Source of the DNA: Adineta vaga
Taxonomy: Eukaryota; Animalia; Rotifera
DNA: 64,000 nt
Reading direction: 5' to 3'
Assembly: GCA_021613535.1 (NCBI GenBank)
Contig: CP075495.1
Coordinates: forward strand, 5,146,001-5,210,000
In this document: positions 1 to 12,717 of the stretch, one piece after another
Numbering within the stretch: position 1 is the first letter of the stretch
Layout of the letters: each line of letters begins with the position of its first letter
Notes under the pieces: generated by a model
Seen by the model: the letters and a program-made list of their open reading frames with translations, nothing else
The model's database searches: none
Told to the model about the DNA's origin: nothing
Program-made: the position numbers and the translations under genes

Positions 1-358
1 TTGATGTCCAAAGTGACTGCTAATATGCCATTGACAGAAACATCTAAATTAATGGATAGTTTAGAGAAAAATTTCGAAGATCTGGAAGTTAAAACAAAAG
101 TTATGGATGATGCCATGCAAAATGCAACAAGTGTACAACAACCAGTCGATCAAGTTGCTAATCTTATGCAAGAAATGGCTGATGAAGCTGGTATTGAATT
201 AAATCTTAATATTCCTGCAGCACCTGCCATGGGCACTTCAGTTGCTCTCAAAGAACAAGTAAGAAAACCTTTTCGCTATTATCTTCATTCGTTATATTTC
301 ATTTTTTTTCTCCTAGGACGAACTCAGTCAACGATTAGCTAAACTACGTGAAACCTAA
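1..358 (+). CDS. CHMP1: ESCRT-III subunit CHMP1 (Did2-like), 3' part only
   Basis: Snf7-type sequence ...MDSLEKNFEDLEVKT..MDDAMQNATS..P.DQV.NLMQEMADEAGIEL. Intron 259-316 (GT..AG). Last exon 317-358 reads DELSQRLAKLRET*, a MIT-interacting (MIM1) C-terminus. Confidence 0.9.
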
Positions 359-1055
359 TTATTATACATAAATTCATCAAACATATATTAAAACATTAAA
401 AAAAAAAATCGAATGACTCTCGGTGATGTCACACAAAAAAAACTCAACTTAGTTGCATTATTTCTTTATCTTTTCTTTTTCATTCTTATTAATACAAGCT
501 CTTCATATGTATATAAAATCAAAAATCTGTATGTGCATGCATGCTCATCTGTTTTTTCTTCTTCTTTCTTCATCAAGATTTCACATGTATTTAAAAATCG
601 ATTAACTATGTATATTCAATAATGAATCATTATCAAACATAGAATTAACAAACGGTTTTTATCCGCCTCTTGAAGTTCGATAAAAATATGTCTGAAAACG
701 AAAAAGAAAATGTGTATTTCATATTCTTTTATTCATGTATCGATATATATATATATCGAGGACGCACATTACTTCGGCTTAAATCAACATGAGTGTGTAA
801 TACATGATATGATCTTTGTATATTCATTTTTGAAGCGAAAAAAGGAATCGAAGAAAGAGAAAAAGAAATAATCGCCGAGTACTAAATCAAAAGCATACAA
901 TCTTGTTTTTTCTGCTTTTCATCAAAAATATTTTTTGTATATTTATATAAAACACATCTGTCTCATTTTCACATATATATATATAACGAAGCATTCAACA
1001 AAGTATATAATCAAGAACCAAACAAAAAGACATGTAATGAAACATCGACGTGAGC

Positions 1056-2707
1056 ATGAGTAGTAGTGTTAATGACGAAGATTATCTCGATCGATTGAGT
1101 CGAGTTATACCATGGCATCGAACATTTACATTCTATGAACGATTATTCATTATAATTCTTGTTGCTACATTTATATCCATTGTCGGTTGTATCTTTTTAT
1201 TTCTTATATACTCGCGTTCTCGTTTACGAAAACGATATGTTTCACAAAAGAATTTAGGTAAGTCGTTGTAGTAATTAACTGATATTCAAATTGATTCTTT
1301 CGTTTGATCCAGACAAGGAGCATTGTATGGAAAATGTTTTGGTATTTTCTGAACCACCAAGTTATGAATCAGCTGTTCGAACAAGTAACAGCATGGCCCT
1401 GAATAAATCAAACAAGAATCATTTTTCAAAATCAAGTAGACAATCATCTTATGGTACTGCATCGGAAAGTGATGGTACTCATACGCATAATGTAAATATT
1501 TGCATAGAATTTTATCAATATTCATGAAAGAAATTATACACAATTCTTTTAGAATGGTTTCTTACTTACGAATAGTACACATTCAATAACAGCAAATGCT
1601 AGTTATCCATCCTTTCCATTTGCTCAAATTCATGTTGAATTTAGTTTTGATCCAATGAAAAATCTATTGCATATTCATGTATTGAATGGTGAATATATAT
1701 CTCTACATTCAACATTTGATGACCAAGCTGAATTTTTTATTCATATACAATTATTAAATAATAAAATTTTAAAAAAATTTCAAGAAATTCAAAATAAACA
1801 TCGTTCAAATTTACAATTGACTACATGGAAAAAACAACAAGAAAAAACAACGAAGTCTGTCATTACTATAGACGTTGTTCGATCGTGTTATAAAGATGAT
1901 TTATATTTTGTTTATTTAGAAAATTATCTCGAACAGCAGATGATAAATTAACATGTGATGAATATTTATCATTCGAACTTCATAAAGATGATGCAAAGAC
2001 ATCATCTCTTCGCTTTTTACTTTTCTGTATTGATCGATCCGGTGTTCAAGATGTCATGTTTGAATCGATAATTCGTTTGAATTCTTCGATTACTGAACCA
2101 GATCAAAAACTTGTCGAATTGAAAGATCTTCCGCAGGTAAAACGACGAAAAACAATCTTTATATTGAAAAAGGCTACGTTTGTTTTGTATATAGATTACC
2201 TTCGGAGAAATCTATCTTGGTATCAGTTATCTTCCAACGGCACAGAGATTTATGATTAAAATGAATAAATTACATTATCTTTTTAAAACAGATAAGGATG
2301 AAAAGATCGGTAAGATTTTCGGTTTTTTCCCTCTTGTACTGTTGTAGATAAAATTAAAATCATTTCATTTCTTCTTAGATGCTCGTTTAATAGTATCATT
2401 CTTTCATCACGGCCATCGATTCTATCATAAGAAATTCACTTCTCTTATATTCGATGGAGCATCAACAACAAATAATAATTTAAACGAAATCAATGAAACT
2501 ATTACTCAAAATATTCCTCAAAAGGATATTCAATCAATTCATGTACATTTTGAACTTATTGTACATCTATCACGTACAAATGATCAATCAATCATTTCAT
2601 GTGGAACATTTCTACTTGGTGAACAGACACGTTATGAATCCGATTGGCAGAAAATGTTTGAACAACCTCGACAAATCCATTTTGGATGGTATCAATTTTT
2701 TGGATAA
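1056..2707 (+). CDS. Synaptotagmin-like protein (N-terminal TM + two degenerate C2 domains), multi-exon
   Basis: TM segment LFIIILVATFISIVGCIFLFLIY. Spliced C2A ...TKKLSRT...EYLSFEL...LRFLLFCIDRSGVQD. C2B starts GEIYLGISYLPTAQRF and ends DWQKMFEQPRQIHFGWY, like the synaptotagmin terminus HW..M...PR..AQWH. TAA at 2705-2707. Confidence 0.75.
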
Positions 2708-3156
2708 GATTTTTTAATGAGATATTTCGTTTTCATACATATATATATATATATTCATCATTTAACTAACTCGTTTATTAACGTTCGAAATGTTCGAAGA
2801 ACGTCGATGTCCCATTGTAGATAATAAATTTGTATTCGTTTTCAGTTGTGCAAGTGTACTACGATGTGTTTGTGTCGAATCTTTTTGACGTACATGTTGG
2901 TCAGATGCTTTGTTTATATTATCTTTGTATGATGAACGATAAGATGGCGCACACTGTTCGGCAGCTACCTGTGAGAAATAAATTTTTTAGAAAAGAAAGA
3001 AAAGAGCAGTCAAAACAGAGGTGTGTGTTTGTTTGTTTTGAATTGAAACGAAAATCAAAATAGAAACTTAGTAGAAACGATAATAATGGGGAGTGAAGTA
3101 AATCAAGAAGAGCCTTTTCATTTTGTTGTAGATCAAAAGATAGAGTTATATGTTAT

Positions 3157-4140
3157 TTATTGAACTACCTGAAATAAATCCACAAGTGCATTGACAGTTA
3201 ATGTGGGTCGATACCGTTGTGTTGTTGATATCGGTGGTAATAATGATGAAGTTGATTGTGTGTCAGTTAAATGAAAAGTTTTTCCATCTCGTTGACTTTT
3301 AACATAAGAATCTGGTATAATACCTTCAGGTAATCGATCAATCATCTGATTAATAGACATTCTAGATTTGACATTTAAACCAGTTAAGACTGACATAGAT
3401 ACAAACGAATTTCGACGACGAATTGGTTTACTTGTAGATGGTATTAATTGTGTATCATAAATCTGTTGCAATTGTTTAACTTTATTTATTTTACCTTCAT
3501 TCATAGCATTATGTATTTCTTGTTCAAGTTTATTACGAACAAGTAAAGAATGATCTTCAATACCAGCTATTTCCCAATCATTGGCACTTCGATGTGTAGA
3601 TATGTCACATTGTCGACGACTTGCATGTCCTTTTTTCAAAAGTATTTGAGCCATTTCACGTAAATGAAGTTTTGTTGCTAATAAATATGGTGTTAGACCA
3701 TTTCTATCGGGAATATCAACTGACACTCCATAATGATTCATAACATTGATTAATGCTTCAAGTATAGCAACATTGTTAGCTTCTACTGCTTGATGTAGAA
3801 TTGTTCGACCACGCATATCATATGCGCGCCAATCAATTTCTCCACTAACGTTCGCAAGCAACAGTTGAACCGATTCAACTTGTTGTCGAGCAATCGCTTC
3901 ATGTAATGGTGTATATCCATTTTCAGTATCTTTTTGTAAGGGATCAATTCCATGATCTAAACAAAATTTAATCATTTTTTGCCGTTGATGAGCATCAGTA
4001 ATATCCAATGCATAAAATAAACCATTTCGTCCATCTTTTGTTACAAAATTAAGTTTATATTTATGACGAGTATATAAAGCCAATTGTTTATATTGTGCTC
4101 GTTGTATAGCATTAAGTATTTTGGATTCTGATATTTGCAT
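3157..4140 (-). CDS. Ankyrin-repeat protein, single exon
   Basis: 327-aa ORF with ankyrin motifs GRNGLFYAL, GYTPLHEAI, GRTILHQAV, GLTPYLLAT. Confidence 0.85.
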   Translation of the reverse strand: MQISESKILNAIQRAQYKQLALYTRHKYKLNFVTKDGRNGLFYALDITDAHQRQKMIKFCLDHGIDPLQKDTENGYTPLHEAIARQQVESVQLLLANVSGEIDWRAYDMRGRTILHQAVEANNVAILEALINVMNHYGVSVDIPDRNGLTPYLLATKLHLREMAQILLKKGHASRRQCDISTHRSANDWEIAGIEDHSLLVRNKLEQEIHNAMNEGKINKVKQLQQIYDTQLIPSTSKPIRRRNSFVSMSVLTGLNVKSRMSINQMIDRLPEGIIPDSYVKSQRDGKTFHLTDTQSTSSLLPPISTTQRYRPTLTVNALVDLFQVVQ

Positions 4141-5589
4141 TGAACTTAGATATATATATACAAACGTCGATATAAGACAAAGATATTTTTTCTCTCTTCA
4201 AAACAGTAATTTTAAGAGATGAAACTTTTTTTTATTGTTTGTGTGTGTTGTTGCTGTGCAAACATACGATTGAGTTCTGTAATAGTACTTGAAAAAAAAA
4301 ATCTTTAGAGAAAAGAAGGTAGAGAAAGAGAGATCGAAACGAATAGACAAGAAGCAAGCGTTTCTGATACTTGAGTGATGACTAATTATTTGTGTTGCCG
4401 CATTCTTTTCTATTTTTTTCAAGTTTAGTCGATCACTGATTGACATCAACAGGTGGTGTATGTACTTTTTTTGTCAAGATATCTTTTGTAATTGTTTCGA
4501 TCGAATTCGTCTATTAAACTTTCGAATGAATATCAATTAAAAGATCGATTGTTTATGATTAATTTTTGTTGAGAGAATACAAAATGAAAACTAAATGTGT
4601 ATCTCGACATCTAATATGAGAAACTGGTAATATTTGAGAATTTTTTGTACGGTACGTTTATTAGCATTACTAAATAAAATAATATCCGAACATAAATAAT
4701 AGAAAAGACTTTTCCAATGTCAGACTAATCGACCATGACTGCAGAATATAAGATTTACTCGTTTGTTCGCTATTAAAATTCAGTAGCATATGTCATATAC
4801 TGCAGTTTCATTATAAGATATTGCGCAATATCATACTACTTATAAATATTGAATATGAATATTATCTTCATAAAAAGATGAAATAAATAAAACCATTCGA
4901 TATTCGTCCCGCAACTTCTTAACATTTATCGGCAAACAAGAAATCACCTTGGAAACTATTAGATTTATTGAAAAAACATTCAAAAACACCTGATTATACC
5001 AATAAAATTGTTATTCACCGTAATTACATACTGTAAAAAAATCCACCGAAACATATTAGTCTTCTCCATAAGCTCGATTTTGTTTATCAACCCTATGTAA
5101 ATTTTATCATGGTTAATCAAGAGATCTCTGATATGTGTTTTGATTAGGGATGGAAATTTTTCGACAAGAAACATAATTTAGAAAAACTTTTCGATATTGA
5201 TACAAGTAATGCTTCAGTGTTAATAATCTGTTTGATTGAAAATTCAAAGAAGACACGTTCATCCGAGTGGCACCAAACAAATATATATCTCGTTAGTGGT
5301 TCTTTCGCCGGTTTCTATGCATATTGTACCAAAAACATGAGGACAATTAAACTTAGATTCAAGATTCAATCGTTACTTGTTTATTGCCAAAATTAATGAA
5401 CAGTATTACAACGGTTACAGCAAATATTCAAGAAACTATGAATGATTCGATTATAAAATCAAACATAATCAGATAAAACGTCAACATAGGAACAAACATC
5501 TCTTAATAAAACAAGTTCTGATAAACGAAAGTTTATATTAATAAATCATTCATAATCATGTTCAATATATATGATCGGTAGTATAATTA

Positions 5590-8500
5590 TCAAGAGGAAT
5601 ATACTTGTTTCAGCTTATCTCTAACAAGTCTTTTAACAGCAATATCAAAATATTTGCTAACGTCCATATCGTTTGTTTCTTTATCCAAATTGCAAAGTGT
5701 TTTTAATTCGGTAGTGCCATCATTATCAGCACTACCTAAAAATATGATTGCATGATCAAGATTAAACTGTGCTGAACATATAATTGGAATTGTACAATGT
5801 CGTTCTTGATTATTATAGATAAGTTCATCTGTATTTCGTACTTCTGTATCTTTATTTTTACTGTACCATTTATTACAACCAATAGACCATTTGATACAGG
5901 AAGAATATTGCTGAGCAAATTGTTGTTTAATAGAAGCTATTAAAGTGACGATACGAGCGTAAAGATCATTTTTTGACAATGGTTCAATGATCGATGCAGA
6001 TGGAAATAAAATATCTAATTGAGCATTTTCAAAATTCACAAACAATTTATCGATTTCATTCAAATGATTTAATAATTCATCTGCAGACCATCGATTATCG
6101 GATGGATTAAATGAACGATCGAATATGTGCATAATTTGCTTCCGTATATTATCATCAGTTCGAACATCACCTACATTATAAAACCATAGAGATATAGAGG
6201 AATATCTTTCATGTATAAATAATTTTACCTAATTTTTCATAGATTTTTTGTTGATTTTCATTTTCACGATGAGGAAAAGTAGTATATTGTAGTTGTTTGG
6301 TCCATTCTTCAGTGAGCAACCAGAATAAAATGTAACATACATTTAGTGAATCAAGTGTCGGATCACGGCGTTGTTGTGACGTAGACATTGATAGTAAATT
6401 CGATGATGATTTGGAGTCTCTGATAGCATTTTTACTTATGACTTGTTTAAACATTTTAACGTCATCTTCATCAGTAATCGATAACTGTTCGCTCTCTACC
6501 CAAGCCGCACCAAAATCGACGAGTACAAGTTTGATCGTATCAAAAGATGCTTGATCACTATTCTTTTGTACCAGAATATTGTATGGTTGTAAATTTCGAT
6601 GAACAATATAAGTTCTGTGACATCTTTGAATAATTTCAAGTAATTGTCGTGTTATACGTATAACCTGCTGGAAAGTTATCTCTGATTTGTGTTTCTGAAC
6701 AAAATCTTCTAGAGTTAATTCTGAAACTATTTCTGTTATTATCCATAATGGTTGATCATTATTTCGTGTTACATCAAGTATATTACTTTGATAGACATGT
6801 ACGGTAACGGATTTATCTAATTATAGCATAGAAATAAAGATGATTTCTGAAAAATATTTGCGATTGCAAAATAACTTACTTTCGGCGCTTTCAAAGCAAG
6901 TAATTCTCGTTTTGCACGTATTGCTTCGAGATCATTTTGATGACAAAATACTTTCATTGCGCCTAAACGATCATCTATTAACTCAGATGGATAAACCAAA
7001 TGAACATTGTTCATTGGATTTCCTAATCGACGATTAGTCCATACCCAATTGGATGGCATTCCATAGATTTCTTCTGGACCAGGTAATAATGCTGTAAAGA
7101 ACGATATATAATTAAAAGCCTTGCACAACAATTCATATATGAATAATTACGTGCGAATACTGATCTTAATCGTTGATTATTAGTTTGCGTTGCTGTAGCA
7201 ATTGAGGTTGAAGATAAATTTAACAGATGATCTATTGTTGGTAATCGATCATATTCTAATTGACATTTGACTATATAACATTCTCGAATTGGATAGTTAT
7301 GCCATTCGAAAACACGTTTTCGAGCAAGTTTTTCTGCTGCTTGTCGAACTAAATAGAAATGACGAGTAGTCGCACCTTTCGGTACATCAGGAGCTTCGAT
7401 GGATTTAATTAAACTAAGTGATTGTTTCTTTAATTCTGCTACTAATTCTGTTGGCGTCATACTATAGGGAAGTCCATCGATTTTAATACGATACTGTTGA
7501 TCAACAGGTCTAATGATAAACAAAAGAAAAAAGCATACATCGAATTAAATGTGTTAGCAGATGCACTTGTTTGAAGTCATCGAATATTCAATACTAAAAT
7601 ACATACGCTGCTGGTTTATATCTTGGAACTGGAGTTATCTTTCGCTCCTTCGAATGACTATATGAACATCCTTCATTCTTACATTCATCTCCAGATACAC
7701 AAATTATATGTCGATATATGCATTCTTTATCATGCTTACACCAACCATCACGATTTCCACTGCATAAAGTCCATTCATTGACGGGCTCTGTTTCCGCATT
7801 ACATTGAATATCGATTCCATCAATATCCGTAACAGAAGCAGCTAACTCTTCAGCATCAAGCATCGTAGGAATATCTAAGATCCATGCTTCCATAGGATCT
7901 CTTTCAGGATGAGTTCCTCTACGAATAAGTATATCCCATACCTTACTATTAAATATGGTAGCCAATTGTTCACCATTAACATTTGCAGGAATATTCCGTA
8001 CATGAACACAATATTTGAAACCATCAGCAATCGTTCGTTCATCTATAATATATATATGAATAAAAAACTTATCATAAATATTAAAATTTCACTTACATGC
8101 TGCACGCACACAGGAAGATTTCACTTTTTCTAATCGAATTTTCACTCCATTAATCGTATGTATAATAGAATCAAGTACAGCTCGATCGATGGCATCATAA
8201 CTAAAGAGAAGAAAAAGATTATTCTAGATTTTAATTTGAACATACTCTTCAAAGTCTGCAGTTGCTGCAGACTCTGATGTCCAAGCAAATGCTTTGATTC
8301 TTCCATAATGTTTTTCAAAATAAGTGCGTACATCATCTTCATTCAATGATACGCTCGAACTATTTGTCTCGAGGTTCAATAACAAGCGATAAGTGCGCAT
8401 AAATGTAAGACCCGTCGCTAGATACCGTTGTACAGCTATTTGATAACCATTGATAGTATAGTTGTCACGGTCACCATTCATACAATGTTGAACAGCTGAC

Positions 8501-8865
8501 TGTTCAGTAAACGTAAGAAAAGCTGCTTTTCGTAATTTTTCTAAAATACATAAACCGATGCATGCTGAATTAATCGTGCAACAATGAAACATACCAGTAC
8601 TCGGAGTGATATAAGGTTCCGTTCGTAAGATACCAAATTGACTAGCAAAATCAATAATTGCCTGGCGACTCACAGATGCAGGAATATTTTGCACTATGAT
8701 TGTGTACTCTGTCGATTCAGTTCCCACTCTATTTGGTGGGAAAATTCCAGATGCCGATTGATCATATACAAATCTCTAAATGACAATTATCAGTTAATGA
8801 ATAAAATACAACTTTTCATTTATATGTACCGGACGATCTTTTCGAAAACGATTGTTGTCTGACAT
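5590..8865 (-). CDS. Multi-RRM / tandem CCCH zinc finger / protein-kinase-fold (pseudokinase) protein, multi-exon
   Basis: ATG at 8865 (MSDNNRFRKDRP|RFVYDQ...). RRM-like units IIVQNIP..AFLTF, DDVRTYFEKHYGRI..ATADFE, VHVRNIP, IKIDGLPY. Fingers C-x7-C-x5-C-x3-H and C-x5-C-x4-C-x3-H. Kinase motifs AMK..RE, WIITE, HRNLQPYNIL, LVDFG, ILFWLLT. Confidence 0.75.
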
Positions 8866-9573
8866 TTTAGTTATAAATTTACCCACTAAACAATAGTTTC
8901 ATATATATTCTGGAGAAACACACTCGCGTTTTGTGTTCTGTAGACAATATGACATAGATCAAGAAGGACACATTGTTTCTTTTTTCTCAATGTCTGAAGA
9001 AAGGAAAGAAATTAAAAGATTTTTTTAAAAGACTACAATGGTAATCGCACTTTGTTGAAAAAAGAACTGTTTGTGATTGAGTTCACATGTCTTGTTGAAT
9101 ATACAAAAAAAAACACAAGATTCTGCTGAAGAAATGTTGAAGTTATACTATTGACTTCTTGCGTCAATACAGCCAACTGGATTCGATAAAAATATAACTT
9201 TCATGCAAATTTTCATTCTTCTCGTGATAAACAGCTGAAAAGAAGAGAATACAATAACTGAAAGAACAACCTTGATATGATAAATATTGATGTAGATTAT
9301 TTAGAAGAAGGAGTTCTATGTGGTGAAAACAATGAGTTGTTCGATTCAATCGAATCTAAGTAAATTCTTCGTTTTCACATTTATTTTTATGTTCATGTGC
9401 TTGAAAGTTGGTAAAGAAGTTATGAATGATTCAGTATTGATCTCCCACATTGCTTGATGACGTATTTCTATAGTTCAAATAATTTGATGTTATATTTTAC
9501 TAATAAGCCAGATATTTCATGGATTAAACTCGAATGTGAACAAGCATCGAAAACTAAAACGTAGCAATCAGTC

Positions 9574-9646
9574 GTATGGATGTAGAACAGCATAGGTATG
9601 ACTTAACACAACATACTCCTTAATGCTCTATCATCCATATCCATAC
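9574..9646. repeat. Imperfect ~70-nt inverted repeat (hairpin or MITE relic)
   Basis: GTATGGATGTAGAACAGCATAGGTATG pairs with CATACTCCTTAATGCTCTATCATCCATA(TCCATAC), with several bulges. Confidence 0.5.
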
Positions 9647-9737
9647 CCCTCTCAATAAAACCGAAACCCACGTCCACCCTCAAGATTTTTATAAGAAAAG
9701 TCTTCTATATTTAATGACTATTTTGATCTATGTTCAT

Positions 9738-11559
9738 TTATTTAAAAACGAAACAACTAGTACCAAGATAACCATTATGGAATAATCGCCAGTATTGAGC
9801 TTCAATCCCATTAACAACAAACTTTTGTTTTTCCATTGGAACATATGCAATTGTTCCCACTGTCTTCCAATCAATGTTATCATAGGAATATTGTAAACTA
9901 CCAGAATCACCATTTGTTGGAAGCCACACTCTATCATTCTTATGTAAAGGTGCAATTGTTACGCTATTCACTAATACAGGATATGGAAATGATGCTTTTA
10001 TCCATACAGATCCCGTATCTGTTGCAGCTCCAGTAGTCAATTGTTCATCTAATAATGATTCACGTGTATTTTCCGCATTTAATCGTGCATATGTTGATGA
10101 CATTGATAATGTCCAATTATTTAAATCTTTCATATGAACAAATATTTATTTATCAATATATCGTTAAAAAACCATTACAAACCGGGCTTTAATGTTCTCA
10201 TTTCTAGTACAGCAGGATGTTGCATTTTTCCTCTACAAGTGGCATATAAACGTAATGAATAAAGTGTATTTGATTGTAAATCATGAATATGATACAGTGT
10301 ATCTAAACCACGATAAACCTAAAAAGTACCGCAACTATAATTTTATATTTTTCTTCAACAATGATAAACAATATTCTACCTCTTTGAAATTATTATCATT
10401 TTGTCCAAGTTCTAAGACATAATCAGTTACAGGAGGATCAGATTCAATTGATTCCCATTCTATATCAAGATGATGAAGATATTTTTTACATTTTTCTTGG
10501 ATAAATTTTGGTGTCGCTAAAATGACATCATCAATATTTAATATATTATCTTTAGAGTCACATCAAAAATTTACGTGGTAATCCAATAGATCCTGCTGTA
10601 TCAATCATTTCCATAATTGGTTGAATTGATATATGAAATAATAACGAATTACTCAATTGAATTTGATTGCAATATTCTACTCCTTCTTTTTCAAGTATTT
10701 TGATTTTTTCAATCGTATTTTTTGAATGTGTTAATGCTATAAAATCGTTCAACGATAATATACGTTGACTTTCTTCTAAACATCGTTTTAAACTTGAATG
10801 AATATTTTTCAAATCTTCTTGTCTTGAATAGATATTTTCACGATATATCTAGAATAAAAACGAATTATTCTTTCAATTCTCTTGCATAATCATTGTTACT
10901 TTCGATTTTTTAAATAATTGCTTTTTCAATGTTTTTCGTCTTTCTTGAACATATACTAAAATTTGCTCAAATTCTCGATCAATTTTTTCATCTCCTTCAG
11001 TTTCACTCATTTCAATATCTAAAAAATGAATTGGATTGAATTCATACATATTTTCAAAAATATCTCGATTTACTTCGTAATGCTTGTTCTAATTGTTCTT
11101 GTTCATCTTCAAATGCAATACTTAATTTTCGTATTCTTTCGAGATGTTCATTGAGAAAACCTTTTTCTTTATTTGCTACATCAACAACTGATTTAACTTG
11201 ATCACTATGTTGTTTATGAATATCGACTGAAAGACAAGCAACACAACACACTTCCTACAAATTAAACGATAAATCGATTATTAAAGTTTTTGTTTGAATT
11301 TATTTACCTGACAAGATAAACAATATAAGCACAATGGCATATGATGACTTTTACAATTCATTGGTTTGATAGAATCATCATTATCTTCGATAGTCGTATG
11401 TTTTTTATTGATCGAAACGATTTTATGTAATTTTTGTGATTTGAGTGTATGCGCAATAGTATTATGTTCATCACAAAAATTTGCATCATCTTGAACACAA
11501 TACCATCTGGCATAGACATCGCATTCACTACAAATTTCATCGTTTTTTTCCGTTGCCAT
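9738..11559 (-). CDS. TRIM-like protein without RING: B-box1, B-box2, coiled coil, FN3, F5/8 type C (discoidin)-like domain
   Basis: B-box1 CSECDVYARWYCVQDDANFCDEH..AH..H. B-box2 CKSHHMPLCLYCLSC..CCVAC..H..H. Helical linker, then spliced FN3 (LDIEW..PVTDYVLE..EVYRG..YHIHDLQSNTLYSLRLYA). Terminal WIKASF..V.SVTI..LQYSYDNIDW..AQYWRL. Confidence 0.8.
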
Positions 11560-12717
11560 ACGAATGTTACAAAAAAATGTCTGCTTAATGCGCAATACAA
11601 GATTTGTTTTTTCTTTTTCCGTTTTATTGCCTTTGTCAGTAGTAACTGCTTTTTAGCTACAAATTCATTCTTTTCTTTTCTGTTCTTTTTAAGAAATAAG
11701 TCTTCTCTTCTCAGTATTCTGGAGTTCGTTTGTGCAAACAAACAAAATAGACAATAGAATATGTGTAGAAAATGTACTAGTCGACTATCTTGCCTATCAG
11801 AAAATCTCGGTTTTGAAAGTAATCATTTGAAACTAAAAACATCACATAAGTATAGCAGATAAACTGATATGATGTACTCCATCATATTGAAAATGAATTT
11901 TTCTACATATGGAATATCCCATAGAATAACAGCTTAGAAATACACATGTCTTCTTTATATTTGAATATCTTGCAATCGATCTGCTTCTGCTCTCTATTTT
12001 GAACTCGTCATTGTTTGTAAAGCAACTAAATGATCGATATAAGTTCATCGGATAAACTCAATCCTCGTTCAGTTTTAAGACGATTAAGATGAGTTTTCAT
12101 ATGACGATTATATTCTTATATGAATTCTTGAAATAATTGAATAGAACAAACATGTACTCGAGCAATAGATTGAAAAAACATTAGTAATTGAATTATCTGT
12201 TATGTTTTCATTTATTCATGCCATTCGTAAGATACATTAATATAAAAAATCATTATCAATATTTGAAAATCTTTCTAATGCAAATGTTGATTAAATAATG
12301 TTGAATTTTTTCTTCTCGATAACAATGATAATGAAACAAGGAAGAAAAAAAAGAAGAAGCAAAGATCTAATTCTTTTTTCATTTGCATGTGCAAAATAAT
12401 CATCAGAATTGTCCGTGTATGTATGATAAGGACAGAAAAACAAAAGATATTCGCAAGACAAAAAAAACACAGAATATTAATCAAGAAAGGAATGGATGAC
12501 AAAGTTTAGGAAAAGAAATCAAATGAAAAAAAAAGTGATTGTAGATATGTGTATATGTCCAAAAAAAAGATTTTGTTCAATGTTGATCGGAGAACAAGCA
12601 CTGTTTCTTTTTTTTAAATGTGTTCAATAACAAGAAAAAAAAGACGTGTTAATTGATCACATTGCAGAGATGCGCAGAAGAAGAAAAAAAAACAACTAAA
12701 TGAAAAGAAAACGAACG

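Noticed and set aside
4450-5580. Possible decayed coding or transposase fragment on the minus strand (includes ORF 4980-5174)
   Set aside because: Many stops and no motif I can assign with confidence; needs a translated search.
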